Positions 1 to 14,716 of a stretch of DNA of 64,000 nt are shown here, piece after piece (positions within the stretch are counted from its first letter, which is position 1; every line of letters begins with the position of its first letter). The position numbers were made by a program, and so were the translations under genes. The stretch lies in assembly GCA_007224835.1 (NCBI GenBank), contig SRMA01025500.1, positions 85,870-149,869 on the forward strand, given 5' to 3'. This DNA comes from Danionella cerebrum. Its lineage: Eukaryota. Below the pieces are notes generated by a model that saw only the letters and a program-made list of their open reading frames with translations, had not been told where the DNA came from and made no database searches.

Positions 1-3000
1 GCCAATGATGTCAACACCAAAAATGCTCAAGTACCAAACTGACCAATCACAGAGCCTATAGTCCCTGTTTACATGCATAAATTAAAATTTTTCAGACGTG
101 CATGTCAAGCTTTTGTGGAGAGAGGGGTTTATGGCTTTCATACGTTTCTGGCGTAGGATGTGCAAAGCATTGACGGAGAGTTTAGGTTTCACTCTATTAT
201 TTTGTAGAATCTGCTGCCGGTGACGCTGCTCTTTTCAGCTAGTTTGTGGATCAACCTTAGTTTAGGTTTCTCTGCCTAGCGGCCATCTAAAACACATTTT
301 AACACACATTTAATATTAACTCGTATCTCTATGTAGTTGTATTGATAAATTGAACAGTAAAAACGTGTCTTAATTTAACACTATTATCATTGCAGAATCC
401 CTTACCTGATACTTGAAATGCTGGTGATTTTAGAATTTAAATCTGTGCACAAAGTTGATTTTCAGGCCCCCACATGATTATGTAAATGCATGTGTATTTT
501 AGGAAAAGTTCTGGGAGCTTTTTGAAATGGTCATTAGCTTTGCTGCGGATTATTGACTTATACTCAACATTAATACCCTTAAATGCTTTCAGAAAGACCC
601 TACACCAGATGTCACAAGGGAAATGCTTCTTTGTCTGAGCTTAATTCGTTTCAAGTACAGTGAACATAATTATCTTTTCATGCGGAGGGAAATTAAGGCA
701 GCTTGTTTAAATGATGAAGTTGGCTGGAAGCTTTGGGAAGAAAAGACTGAGCATTGTTTGAGATTCTTTGAATAAATTCGACCCAACGCTGTGCATTGAG
801 CACTTTGCAGAGAGGACCTACAATAGGGAAATATTCTACATTTGCATAGTGGATTGTGTGCCTTCGTACCGTTACACAGCACAGAATAACACCCAGCGAT
901 TCAAATCTTCCAGTGGTCACTACTGCAACCATTCAAACATGTTGTTTTTGGCAGCCATCGACGGTTTAGCCTTAGTCACTTCAACGAAAATGATTTTAGT
1001 TTTAGTTACATTTTAGTCATTTAAAAAAGTAAAAGTTTTAATCGACAAAAATCTAAATAGTTTTAATCTAGTTTTAATCACCAAAAAATAAAAAGGTTTT
1101 AGTCCTTTAATACACTAATTCAACTCTTTAAATATAAAAAATTGTGCATTTAAACATGAATCAATGCTCCATTTCACATTGGGACATTTTCATCCAGAAA
1201 TACAATGATGCATATTTATGATCAAGATAAATATTTTGAAGGCATTTTAATTTGAAAACACACTGGAATTTATCTTCCGTACTTTAAAAAAGCCAAGAAC
1301 AATAACATTCTGAATTTAGCAAATGTGGCTTTTTTTTAACCTAAAACACAATATGTTGCCAAAAATGAGAGCAATGGCAAAAGAACAGAGACTTGCATAT
1401 TAAAAAGCCACAAACTCGGTGGAAAAAACAGCATTAATCTCGAGAGGCACCTGATTGTTCATTGCATCTTAAAGTTTTGCACGTAATTCCAGACCAAAAC
1501 AGGCTTCTAACTTTATTAGCAAATGTCCGTCGCAGCCTATGATCTTTTAGCTTGCGTGTCTGTTATTACCACAGTTCCTCGGGTGTGTTAGCAGCAGATA
1601 TCACTTCATCGTTTCCCACCTCCACAAAGCCCCTTTGTTGATGCTGCTGTCATGTTTATTGACTGACAGATGACATTTTGAATGACAGATTACAGCCAAC
1701 ATGTTACGGTCCAGTCATTTACCTTCTCATCCACTCTTGTTTATCGCTAATGAAATCTTATGTGTCTCGTCATGTTTTCGTCATAACCGAGACATTTTTA
1801 ACTCATCAGCGTCTTGTTGTCGTCACGAGAAAAAGGTTCCTCCCACAAAATATTTTCGTTATTGTTATCATCATCGACAATGAAAACAACACTGGTTGTC
1901 AAGGCAACCCACTACAACAAATTTTTGAGTTTGGAGGAAAAACTGTGACAAAAGTTTTGCCAACTAGCATTTCAGTTTAAAACACTAAGCTGCAAAAGCT
2001 ATGAAACTCAGTATTGTTTTCATGTAACCCCACAAAGTTTTGAAAACACTGAGCAGTGTTAACAAAGACAAGGCTTCCGATTGGCTGTTATGAGTCTTTG
2101 GAGCAATTTATGGCGAAATTTTGTCCTTTCGTGTGGAAACTATTTGTTTTGTACATGGTGTAAGAAAAACAAAAGCAATCAGAGCCGCGCCCATGCACTT
2201 TTGACCCCCTGCATGGTTGATTTGGCCTATGTGAGTGCCTGTTTTGATGACCCTGGCCTAGTTTGAAGAGGTTTGGTAGAGCGTGGATCGGTTGGCTCAG
2301 GCTAATCAGCCAAGTAGTGTAAATCTAACATAAAATACAAGCGACTACTGTTATCAAGGGATACATAACGGAGGAAAGGGGAGTTTTTGGAAATCTATGC
2401 ACGACCATAGATTTCTTTCACCTTTTTTTCGTTGGAGAAAATAATTTTTAAACAGGTGGAAAAGATGCTTTATGGTGTGGTGAAGGGGTGAAGGTGTGGA
2501 AGGTTGATCAAACACTGCCGTTACTCTGGCAGAAATCCACTTCTAAATGATAGGAAGTGCTGAGTCAAAATTGTAGGCGGAGATGGGTGATTGGCTAATC
2601 CTCTAAGCTCCTCCCGAACTTTGTTATATAAACGTCTTTGTGAATGTTCAATGTTGTCCAATACAATAATGAACACTAGTAATATACATTCATAGCACCA
2701 CCAGTTGGCACCTTAATACTCTATTTTGTGGTTTTCATTATTTAAATAACAGATCACGTTTGAATACATTGCCTGAAAAACTGTAGTTTTTGTAGTTGCA
2801 AAATATTGGCCACTGAGGGGCTACGGCGCCTGAGGTGTAAGATCTTTAATTATGAATTAATTTATCAAACATAACTAAAAGCAGCCATTGAAATACCCTT
2901 GATTAGTTTGTAATCACACAAATACAAGGATTTGTGTTTGTCTCGATGATAATTCTTGTACTTTTTGCCAGCAAACTAAATCTTGAGAGAATTCTTGGAT

Positions 3001-4299
3001 GTTATGAACCAAAAAATGAATAAATAAACCACAAGAGAGTTTGTTGGGAAATGAAGGAAAAGCTATTGAGACGTCTCTAGACTTGGAAGGTGGGATTACT
3101 AGATGACAAATAAAAGAAAGGTAGGCTGTGTGATAATGACCCGTGTTAAGGTGTGAAGAGGAACGTGTGACAGATTTTTATAGACATTCTGTACATATGC
3201 TGTGAAAATAGCAGAGCGTTATGCAATAGACCTGGATTTCCAAAGGTTTTTGCATATATTATTGCTTTACGCTCCGTTAGAAAGCATAGATTCGTTTCTG
3301 TGTCACATCCACCATTTCTGTTTCTAAACGAAGAACATTTTATTGCATCAAATACTGTGCTAAACCAGTGTAACAATTATATGTAAATTTAATTGCGTAT
3401 ATAGCTGGGTAAAATATAGCTCCCATGACAGAAAGGAATGTGGAGCGAGGAGAAAACACCAGAGAAAGAGAGAAATAGGGGTGAAATCAGAGGCAGGGAA
3501 AATGAAGGAACTGAAGCAGCGTGTAAGTGAAGAACTGAAAAGGGATCAAGGCCTGAGAAAAGATGAGAGAGAATGAGCTTTGAATGCATGCTGATGTGAG
3601 TGCGCTGTCTTTGGAGACGGATGAACAGAGTACCGGGAGATATAAAGCAGACCTTCTTGGGGAAAACAAGGAAGTAAATGTTATAATTTTGTACTGCCCA
3701 CAGACAAAGAAATGTCTTAATCTTCAGACTCAATGGTAGATTTATTTCAGAGTTTCAACAAAAAGATCCTGACATGTCTTCTTTCATTTGAGTGAAAAAC
3801 TCAATAGGGCAGAGGGCACACGTTTCTTGTAGCTATCGTTTGCACTCCTCTGCAGATCCTCTCAAGGGGCGCCATGAACTAACACTTGTGTGGATGTCTC
3901 ACTAAAAGCTGGAAATGCACTTATAAATTCATTTATATATTATGCACAAATTATTCAGATGCGCACATATGTAGATTTTTTTTGTGCATGCAAACCAACA
4001 TGAAAAAAGAGCACACATGCAAAAGCAGAACACCCCACCTCTCAAATTGGAGGAAATGGAGACAGGTGATGGACGGTAAAAATCTGTGCAAATTCAGAGT
4101 TTTTGACCCATATCTACTTCCTTTCATTCTCTTTCTCTCACCTCCTACAGTACGGATTCGAAACAGTCCCTGAGAGAGTGAGATAACGAGACGCTCTGCA
4201 TTCCTTTTTCAAGGACCCTATGTTTCTCTCAATCATTGACTGCAATCTGAATTCACAGTGCTTTTTTTAAATCCTTTCCAGTTTAAGTGGGAAACAGCA

Positions 4300-4900
4300 A
4301 CAAAACAGATGTAAGTGATGAAGGTTTATATAACTTATAGTGACAAAGGGAACATTATATTATGTTACTGACCCCTTCATAGGAACCAGATTGTTTACCT
4401 TAGCAAACATTTTTCAAATCATAGAGACATGGGGGTTGTTTATATTACTCATGTTGGCATTGGGAAATGTGTATGATGTTACTGACGCCTCCATAGCAAC
4501 CAAAAATTCTACCTTAGTAACCTTTAAATTTTGCTAATATCAAATGCCACTTTTGCAAGCCAATATGAACGTTTAGCACAAACTTTAGCCAACTAGTTTA
4601 TCTTAAAATCAATATTATGTTACGGACACCTCCATAGCAACCAAAAATTCTACCTTAGTAACCATTAAATTTGCTAATATCAAAAGGTACTTTTGCAAGC
4701 CAATATGAACGTTTTTGCACGAACTTTAGCCAACTAGTTTATCTTAAAATCTATATTATGATACTGATGCCTCCATAGCAACCAAAAATTCTACCTTAGT
4801 AACCATTAAATTTTGCTAATATCAGAAAGCACTTTTGCAAGCCAATATGAATGGTTTTGCACAAACAAACTTTAGCCATCTAGTTCATCCTAAAATTATG
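4300..4900. repeat. Tandem repeat, ~145-bp unit x ~3.5 (same family as the block in parp4 intron 40.2-44.2 kb)
   Basis: Units beginning gttactgacgcctccatagcaaccaaaaattctaccttagtaacc at ~4470, 4615 and 4760. Shares the ccatagcaacc / cctagcaacc motif with the 40741/42798/43966 units. Confidence 0.7.
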
Positions 4901-7562
4901 TCTAATAAGGGGGCCACAAGGGGGCGCTTTTCAGAATCCTAGGGGTCTGTATAGTAGTAGATGTGGCATGAAAATTAAAAACACAATTTAATCCACCATT
5001 AACTGTGTGTTGAGGAACCATAAGCTTGCAGCAATAGCTTCCCCAGACCTTTTACAGCAAAGCCTAGTGAACAGAATCCCTAACCGAATGCTCTTTCTAA
5101 TGGCCCTGAATCAATCCCCATGAATCTTTTGGCTCTGTGTGTTCCTGTTTAGTCTCCAGTCACTACAGCCTTTAAACTCACAAATTATTCAAAAGCAAGC
5201 TCCCTTCCATTCAAAGAGCTCAAAGAAAGACAATGAGAACTGTCCTCAAACGTGATAGTACAGAACCAAAATCATCATTTGACACGACAATACAGAAATG
5301 TGGCTTATTGCAAATTCCACAATATTAGATCAAATCAAACCAGTTGAAAATTAAATATTGATATTTTTTAGGATGATAGTTTTAGGAACTACTGCATTCT
5401 GGCTTAATAAGCAGCAAACTTGAAAATCATCCGTACAACATTATGTAACTTTTTTGTCTCTGCTCCTGGCTCCTTGTTCTCTCGTTAGCCTCTCTATACC
5501 TGCTGGTGTCTTTCCTTCATGCTCACTAGCGTATTACTCTCTCTATCTCTCTCTCTCAAGCTCTACAGCTCACAACTGTTCCAGTCAAGTCTGTGCTAAT
5601 TCGGTTTTCTTATTTCTCTTTTTTTAGTTGTTCCTGTAGGACTCGGTTTTCTTTCATCTCAGACACCCAGAAGAAGGTGGTTCTGTAGTTTTCGTTCATT
5701 CATTAAAATTATAAAACAATATTACCTTGATTCCTTCAGTGATTTCTCTAATCCGATTCACTGATCTATGCTAAGCTAAACTAAGCTAAAGAGGCAAAAT
5801 GTAAAATAGCTGAATACTATTGGCTAGAATGAAGGCGGATCTGTAACTTGACCTAATAATATAAGTAATATATGTACCTATATAAAGAAAAAATTGGATT
5901 TCATCAAAAAACAAGCAAACAGACATGTTATATCTCACAATTATGATTTTGGTTACTACTTTTTGATTCATTTGCGATGGTTTACCTCAAAAACGATCTA
6001 TAATTCAACAATGATTCTTTTTGATTCGTGGTACAAATGAATTTTCTGTTCAAATTTACATCAAAAAAACGCAAGCATTTCTCATCTCAGACACAGATGA
6101 GCTTTTCTTTATTTATGCCAGAGTCACTTTCAATTTTACCCATCTCAACAAGTTCAAAGAGAAGCTGTTCCTGGTGGTAAGACACACATTTCTCTAGGCG
6201 CACACATCTCATTCTCTCTCAAGCTTTGTTGAAAGGTACGGAATGGTAAACAAAGCCATTGTGTTTTTTTCTTTGCGCTAACCTCACTATTGTGATACTT
6301 TTACTCACACACTAATTTGCTAACGGTAAATGTACATAATATTGTGTATAGAGCTTTGCAGGCCATCAGTATCTCAGTTAAAGGTGATGCTAATGAAGCA
6401 CACAGAGAGGATGTGTGAACTCAAAACTGCTGAAGGGGCATCCAACACGTACGCCAGTGTTCCTTCAGGATGTTCGTGATGAAACGCTAATAAGATGTTC
6501 CTGATTGCACTCTGTCCTCACCCACACGTGATGCAGTGTGCAGCCTTGTCTCCTTGTACCACTTGAGAGGGAAAAAAATGGAGTTTGTTCAACATACATC
6601 TGAACACACAATCTTTCCAACCTTCCGACTATTCTTTTAAATCACATGCTGTGTGTGGTATTGATCTGCTCTCCATTGAATTCACATTACACACAAGCCG
6701 GGTTTGTTCTTTCTATAGAGCACCCTGAAGGCTTATATTATATTTGTATAGCTAGGACTTTATTGTGTGTTTTTATATATTTGTAACAGCACTTTCTCCT
6801 GGTTCTGCTTTGGACTTGTTTTTGTTGCTTTCACGAGCCTTTATGCACCAAGACTTTGATCGGAAGACTTTTTTCTCGGGAACACATTTAAAAGAGAATA
6901 AAGATTTGGATGTGCAGCCTATGAAACAGCTTCAGAAAGGAGTTTGATTCAGAAAAAGTGGTGGTGACAGAAAGAACGACAAACATAGACATGGTGTAGG
7001 TACTTTGATCAGGCACACGGACAAGATCTGGCTGCACAAGAGAAGAAAATGTACATGTAAATGAAAGTGATGAATACTCCTTTTTAAATAATGCAGAGAA
7101 AACAAGCTCTTTGATACAGGAACAATGGGATCTTGTTTGACTCTATAATCAATAACACCTGTAGAAGACTCTGAGTTGAGGAGATATTGGGATATCAATC
7201 CCTAAAATAAACAATATTACTTTGTAGCAGGCATTCAACATGAACCAATTGTAAAAGTTCTTTGGATCAATTACACTGGGAAATTGTTGGAGAATGATCA
7301 TAAACCCAAAGGATGCTAATCAAGCAACACCTACAGGACTCTGGAGCTCAAAAGTCTACCGGCTGTTTTGAATTAGGTAGGAATGACGCGACCCAGCTAT
7401 TGTTTGATTTTGATTTCAAATATAATGTGTAGGTTACAAAAAGGTTATTAGATTTTTTTATGACACATACTTTGCAAGGTACCGTAATTCAAATTAAAAT
7501 GTGAGAATGTCTTTCAGATGCATTTTACAGATCCCAAATAGTGGAATATAGTAGTGAAAAGA

Positions 7563-8023
7563 AGGTATAACCATTGGAAGTACAAGACCTGTGATATGAC
7601 TTGTGTTTTTCAAAATTCTAGCACAAAAAAAAACACACGGGCACAAAAACTTCTTGGAACAATGTATACGTTTTCTGTGATTTTCTCCTCGTTTTTGATG
7701 CAATTTTCTTATTGTTTTACCTTGACTTTGTTTTTGGCAATTTCATGAATTTTTAATTTCATTAGATTTTTGTTAAGAAACCATAAAACTATATACTCGT
7801 TTTTGCTGAAAAAATATATTTTTGTACAATTTCAGTTTTATTGTAGAATTATTGTGTAATGTAATTAAACATTTTTGTAAAAAGAAGCTGGGATAGAAAT
7901 AAAAAAATTTATCAAGCATTGTCACAAATAATTTTAACTATTTTAAAGATGATTTATAAGAGCAAATTGTAAAGTAGTAACAACACAGAAAAATACCCCA
8001 GACTTCTAAGGGTAACAACTTAC
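7563..8023. repeat. Interspersed repeat copy (second copy 12094-12250)
   Basis: Both begin attggaagtacaaNacctgtgat..cttg.gtttttcaaa.ttctag and end ccccagacttcta. Confidence 0.5.
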
Positions 8024-9449
8024 CAAGCTGTTATAGGCAAAAAAAATGTGTTTGTATACTTTATAACACTGCGGGTGTCCTAAATGTTTAAATTTGCTTC
8101 AAATTGAGTCATTAAAACTCATGCAAATGACCTCTCCAATCTGGTGGCTCAAATCTCTATCAAGAGTTGCGAGCAGAACACAGCTTATGTCCGTCCCGAA
8201 TAAGTCCGATACCAGAAGGACACAGCAAAGTCAGGCCCAGAGCTTTGTCAAACACGCCCTTTAACTAATTTGAAAATTAGATTTCCATATATGGTTAGAG
8301 TTTGACAAATTCGGAGCCTAACTGTGCTGTACCTAACAGTGCAGTGTCTAATGAGCCCCCACTCCAGCATTACAGCTAAATGCTAACTTCCTTGTCAGCA
8401 CACGATCTGAGCATCTGCACAATCTGCAACACGCAAACACTTCTGAATAATCTGCCTAACCCTAATAGTACGTAGACGTCTGCGTAGATCTTGCGGATGC
8501 TCGGATCATAAACTGATAGCCCTCACTGTGGACTGGAGCAAGGCGACGTCATAGTGATAGTGATGTAGATTGTCACAACATCATGATAGTTTAGATAGGC
8601 ATGTGCGACCGCCATCTTAACCACTCAACAACAGAAACAAAGATGTTTTAAACTTTCCTCCTCTAAAGAACACAATAGTAATGGTAAGAGTGAATAGCCA
8701 ACATAAATCTTATATATTTTCCAACGTCTTATGTGCTCATCTGCTGTTTGCTTATGTTAAATCCTGATTTTCTTTAAAGAAATGGATTATTTGGTAAAAC
8801 TGTAACATTACGTTTCATAAGAGGGTCAATAGCTCCATCTAGTGTTAGAATCTCATTAGGAGCAACTGATACGCTACAATTACTCATTGGTTAAACACAA
8901 TTCAATTTAATATTTTCCATTCAATAAATTTAATGGTTCAATAAAAATTAAATACATTCATGCACTTCAATCAAATTGAGTTGGGCTACAAGTTTTTTTT
9001 TCATCAAATGCAAGAACTGTAAAAAATAATACTTTTTAAAATTATTAATCAATGTCAAATTTAATTTATTATAAGGTATCTGTAATGACCACAAAATAAA
9101 ACGCTTGCCTGAACACATTAGATCGTATCCCCGCCTCTCGCCCATTGTGCACCGGCAGACCCCCAAAAAGGAATAAGCGGATTGGAAAATGAATGGATGA
9201 ATGAAAACGTTGATCTGTAGTCGTAGTCTGGTCCTCGAATGGTTTTCGGAATCCTTTTGTGGAAAAAAACGTAAGAAAAAAAATCTGTAAAGTCTGGCCA
9301 AATGATGGCCATTTATAAAAATGGAAAGCGTCCCCAAAACACGAGGTAAACGGTCCATGTGGGGTTTATACCATCGGCATGCTTCTGCTCAATGCAACAT
9401 TGTGAGAAATATCAAAGGAGTTTGAATCCACCTGCATTGAAATATAAAC

Positions 9450-10095
9450 AGCTGTATGACATGACTTTAGTCCAGTTATTAGAATTTACTGACGCTTCGT
9501 TTAGGAGAATTGCAAACTTCTTTCATGTTTAAACATCTGAGTTATGAACAAGGTTCTGGAAATTCCTCTGCGAATTTGGTTCATACTGACCTGATAGAAT
9601 CACATGGTCAACAATGGTCATTTACATCAGGGAGGCTGTGGCGTTGGCATGATGCTCAATTGGTACTAATGGGCCAAAGTGTGCCAAGACAATACCCCCA
9701 TACCATTACACCACCACCACCAGCCTGAACCATTGATACAAGGTGGGATGGATCCATGCTTTCATGTTGTTGATGCTACGTTCTGACGGTACCTTTCAAA
9801 TTTCGCAGCAGAAATCGAGATTCATCAGACCAAGCAACGTTTTATTTCCCCAATCTTCTACTGTCTCATTTTGGTGAGTTCTGTGCTTTTTGCCTCAGTT
9901 TCCTGTTCTTATCCAACACCCGAATTGGTTTTTGCAGCGGTAGACCATTCACCTCAAGGTTCGAAGTGTTGTGCATCCAGAGATGCTCTTACGCAGATCT
10001 CGACAAGCAGTCATTCTCCTCCGACCTCTCCCACAGAACTGGGTATTTGTGTGATTGGCTGATTAGAAAATCTGCATTATTAATGAGCAGTTAGA
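9450..10095 (-). mobile_element. Tc1-like DNA transposon remnant
   Basis: Minus-strand translation gives HESMDPS.LVS.VQAGGG, Tc1 transposase-like. Terminal caggtgtacctaattaagtggcc at ~10072-10094, characteristic of fish Tc1 ends. Confidence 0.55.
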
Positions 10096-12511
10096 CAGGT
10101 GTACCTAATTAAGTGGCCTATAAGCATATAATTATTATATGAACTTTGTTGTAGATTTATTTTCACTTTATCTAAAACACAACAGCTAAAAATATATTAA
10201 TAAATAGCTGTGATGGGATTTAACTAAAGTTTTCTTTCTAAGAGTAAAATGTTTTTATGAATAAATTAGAACTCACACTGATTTGGAAGAAACCAAATCA
10301 TTTAGATTTTTAAGAAATCTGCTCTTAGCTCCAGTCAAAATACAAATTTCATTCTCACTTTTGTCCCCGCTGTAAGAGAAAAAGAAGATATCTGATGCAA
10401 AGCCATCAGGAATAAAACCACCAAACCAGAAAGGACACCAAACAATCCTAAGGTTTATTTATATCTGAACAGAATACAAAAGTGTTTTTTAAAAACTCCA
10501 GTTCCACCTCGAATCCCTGAACACAACATGTGGTTCATATACACAACATTAAAACATTTATTCAACATGTACAGCAGCAAACTTTGGTATAAACTGTAAT
10601 ACTTTGTCGGAATTCTTTGAAATATACAATGTAAAAAGCTGCAAATATGATTTTGAAAAACTCATTGAACATTATAAAAATATATTTTCTTTCCACTTAA
10701 CAAACGTTTTATCTTCCGGCAATATTCCGGATTTTTGGACATTTCAGAAAGCTTTTGAGTAACAGTATGCACCAAGATAGTACTTTTAATCTTTTAATAT
10801 CGTTTCGATCCTTAGTGTGGTTACTTTATTACAGTTTGAAATTCAGAAATTCTCAGCTAGTGTCACATTACTCCCCAGTGGCCAATATAGCCACAGAGGT
10901 TCCTGTTTGTTTTGCAAATGTGACCTCTAGTGGCAAAATAGTACATATTATTTTTTTTTATTTAAAATAACCTTGCAATACTTCCATAACTGCAACAAAA
11001 ATAAAACAACAAACAATTGATATGGAGGCAACACAATGGAAAGGCAAGTGAACACATTTTGATGTGAATGAAGGCAAAAGGAGCTAAAACTAATTACATT
11101 CAAATGGTTTTAACCCTATGAAAAGGTATCTGCATGATCTGGCTACATGCATGTGTATCAGAACCATCTGACCAACCCCAAACCCGGCCTTACGTACATG
11201 TCTGTGCACCACATGATGCTCTGAAACTTCGACCTTAAAGGGGCGCTGTAACCAGCACTGATGACTGGCACCAAGTCAGAGTAAACTGAATTCATCAGAG
11301 CGTTAAATGAATCTTCTATCGACATGAAACTTTTACTAGAAATGTCTGAGGGTGTTCTGATTTGAATTTAGTGAGGAATCGACAAACAATCTAAGAGAAG
11401 TTTGAAAATTAGTTTTTTGACCTAATTCAACATGGCAGAAAGAGAGAAACTATGTTGATTACATTTATATCTGTTTATGTATGTACAAACATATCAAAAC
11501 CAACTAAATTATTTTTGTTTTACCAAATAAAGGACTGATTTTCAATTTTTACATCCCCAGAGTGCTAGTAGCCACTGTGCATGGAACTTCGTAGTATGGT
11601 TTTTGCAAGAAAAAAAACAGTTCAGGTGTCATACATATGACCGCCGTGCCAGACTTGTCCAGATAATGGGTTTAATCCAGCCACAAGATGATTTTGTGCA
11701 TCATAAAAATTAGCTGCAATTTTTCAATAAAAGAAACTGTTGTTCCAATTGTGTCCACTGGATGGCACTATAGAAATTGTGTTAAACAAATAAACTGTTT
11801 ATAACAGTGCAGAGCAAGTAGGTCACTTTTCAAGTGCAACCAGCCCGGAAGAGCTATTTTGCACTCACATCTGAATGATCTGGCCAAACAAACACTAGTC
11901 TTACGTAGACTCAACCTATATTAAGAATAAAATGGTCCACTATGTAGACCAATCACGCGATGCACCGTGACTTTAAAGTGACTTCACTCTGACCTTAAAG
12001 TGGCACTATTATCAGCACTAGGTACTGATGACTTAGTTTGATGTGATTACAGCAAGCTGTTGAAATACAGCTTCAGAATAAACTAGCAATTGGAAGTACA
12101 ATACCTGTGATGTGGCTTGAGTTTTTCAAAGTTCTAGGGGAACAAAAACCACAATGGCACAAAATGTCCTTTGAACAGTGTGACAAAATGTCAAAAATGA
12201 CAAAATACACTGTTCAGAATTTAATAAAAAGCCCCAGACTTCTATTCGTGATTCGTCTATTTTGGACACATTATCCTAGGCCTTCAGTTTTATGTTGGTC
12301 AAAAAAAATATCTGTTGTTTTTAAGATGTATATATATATATATATATAACATGAGTTTTGCAGTCTGGCCCACCTGAGAAAAGATTTTCCTCTGTGCGCC
12401 TGAGATAAAAATGTAGAGTTGACGGCCATTTTAGTGTTACCTTAAAATTATTTGCAGGCTTATCAAAAACAGTGTGACCCATAAACTTGACTGAAATACC
12501 TTTAGACAGCA

Positions 12512-12700
12512 CAGTCAAGGGAAGATTTGGACCAAATTGGAATTCTGAATCGGAATAATGGGTACAAACTTATTTCTACGACTTCTATGGTAAATTTTCA
12601 TAACTTTCACGCAAGTGGTTCTATTGGTTGCCATTGACTTCCATGGCAGAAAAACAAAAGATGAATAAAAACAGAAAAAATGTAACAGAAACAAGTGCTT
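12512..12700. repeat. ~190-bp dispersed repeat copy A (direct repeat of 13988-14178)
   Basis: acagtcaagggaagatttggaccaaattggaattctgaatcggaataatgggtacaaacttatttctacg...caagtgcttc, about 93% identical to the copy at 13988-14178, same orientation. The pair brackets the terminal CALHM-like exon. Confidence 0.75.
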
Positions 12701-12764
12701 CGTAGCCTCTTCGTAGGCCCCTAATAACTCATTTGGCTTGCTAGTAACCACAAAGCTGAAAGTC

Positions 12765-13082
12765 CTACAGTGGGTCTTTTAAATGGAAAGCTGGGTCTGA
12801 TATTTTGTGCCAGACGTCCTCTTCAGCGTTCCCCAGTCGCTGATACCGAGCAGCGCCATCAGTGTTCACACAGAGAGTCGATTCACTCTGCAGCGAATGC
12901 TCAATCACATGCTTGGCTCTCTCCACTGCTTTCTCATGTAGTTTGTCCTCCAGAAGTGCAGCAGTCTCCCACTCAAGCTGAGTCTCATAAAGCGACTTGT
13001 AATATGGCTTCCATCGACTCTTGAGGCACACGCTCACTGAGAGCAAAAACGATAGCCCGAGAATAAGAAGTAGACCAATGAC
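12765..13082 (-). CDS. CALHM/FAM26-like four-TM protein, copy 1, terminal coding exon (TM4 + cytoplasmic helix tail, includes stop)
   Basis: Minus-strand acceptor ttccccttcgtctgttctcctatag|GTC at 13083-13088 (in-frame TAG inside the acceptor). Encodes VIGLLLILGLSFLLSVSVCLKSRWKPYYKSLYETQLEWE..HEKAVERAKHVIEHS, stop at 12765-12767. Phase 0 matches the upstream exon donor. The tail resembles CALHM1/2 post-S4 helix (KSKYWSHY...HAKAFAKV). Confidence 0.6.
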   Translation of the reverse strand, partial: VIGLLLILGLSFLLSVSVCLKSRWKPYYKSLYETQLEWETAALLEDKLHEKAVERAKHVIEHSLQSESTLCVNTDGAARYQRLGNAEEDVWHKISDPAFHLKDPL

Positions 13083-13987
13083 CTATAGGAGAACAGACGA
13101 AGGGGAAACCATAGACAAAACAAATGATGACCTACAGATGGATTAGAGGGCCGTCTATATTTAGTATTTTTATCACCTTGTTACATGATCATTACACAAC
13201 AAGTTAAATATTTTAACCCTTTATTAAACTCAAATGTATTGAAACCAACTTTCAATGCAGTGTTTCCTGCCAAGAAAAGTTAAAGTATTTTTCATAGACT
13301 TTTTGATTGATTAATCAACACTCTGCATTTCTGCATACGCTGATATGATGCTCCAGATCACCATAAGAGAGCCCCTCCCTCTCTCGAATATGATTAACTA
13401 AAGCATCGTGGAGGGAGAGGCTCTTGTGGGGAAGCTTACATAACAATAATTATGTTTTTAACAATTAAATTGTCTTATAATGATAACATTAATGACAACA
13501 GAAACAAAATACCATATAAAAAAATACAATAATTTTATAAATCTAACTTAAATGTTTGACACGAAACAACAGTTTTTAACCCAACCGAGCCACACAAACA
13601 ATATCTGCAACAAAACATAACTTTCTTTACGCCTGAGTAAACCACAGAAGATGCAGGTTGGATTTTTTTCCTTTCTGTCCCGAATTCCATGAACAATCGC
13701 TTTAATCCATGTTTTGTTGCAAGTCACTCTTTTTCACTTTTTATTGCCAGGAGTTCTTTAACAATTTGCACCACAGCGCCCCCAAACCTTGATGTTCATG
13801 AAGAGTAATAGGTTAGTTATGGATTACGTTTTCCGTTTTTAACACTGTATGGTTCACAATTACGATATTTATTTAAAACCCTAAACTTCAACGTGTGCAA
13901 ATTTTGGAGACCCACCAAAATTTCACAAATCAAATTTTTCAGGGGACCCCATAATAATTCAGGAATTCACTCTCTGACTAAATCTCA

Positions 13988-14178
13988 CAGTCAAGGGAAG
14001 ATTTGGACCAAATTGGAATTCTGAATTGGAATAATGAGTACAAACTTATTTCTACGCCTTCTGTGGTAAATTTTCGTAACTTTCACACAAGTGGTTCTAT
14101 TGGTTGCCATTGACTTCCGTGGCACAAAAACAAAAGATGAATAATAACAGGAAAAAAATGAACAGAAACAAGTGCTTC
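13988..14178. repeat. ~190-bp dispersed repeat copy B
   Basis: See 12512-12700. Confidence 0.75.
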
Positions 14179-14716
14179 TGATAAATCCCGCTCAGTGCAA
14201 ACTCTCTCAAAACACGAAGTCTGTGTTCTTTAGAACCCTCAATGTCTGTTTTTCATAATACAGGTTTAGCAAATTGTAATTTAAAAATCGCTTTTTTGTT
14301 ACATACTCGATGCGGCCCAACCCCACCGAGACCATTGCTGTTAATAAACCCATAGCGCCCTCTGTTGTCTCTAACATCTGTAGGTAACAACTGTCAATTG
14401 TTTTTTGCAAATTGGTTTCACTTTGTTTGCAAGTTGTGTTCATTTTTTTCGTTTCAGATACAGATACAGTTGCAATATTGAGAAGCATTGTCATTGTCGT
14501 CCATTTTTTTTTCAGTCATTGAGCAGACCCAGGATGGACTCAAACCAGTATGATGTATTTAAAGCGCTTTTTAGAACAGGTATGATGTTTTATGATCCCA
14601 AAAACAGAACTAAAACACTAAATATGAAGATCTTTGTATGTTTAAATAAACAAATTAGATTTTCATTCCAAATTTGGTTTTCTAAATTAGGGTGCCCACC
14701 CTTGGGAAAAACTTAC

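Noticed and set aside
6100-6260. Exon-like stretch with gtaaga/gtacgg donors
   Set aside because: No sustained ORF, no homology, and no acceptor partner. Treated as chance splice-like motifs in intergenic DNA.
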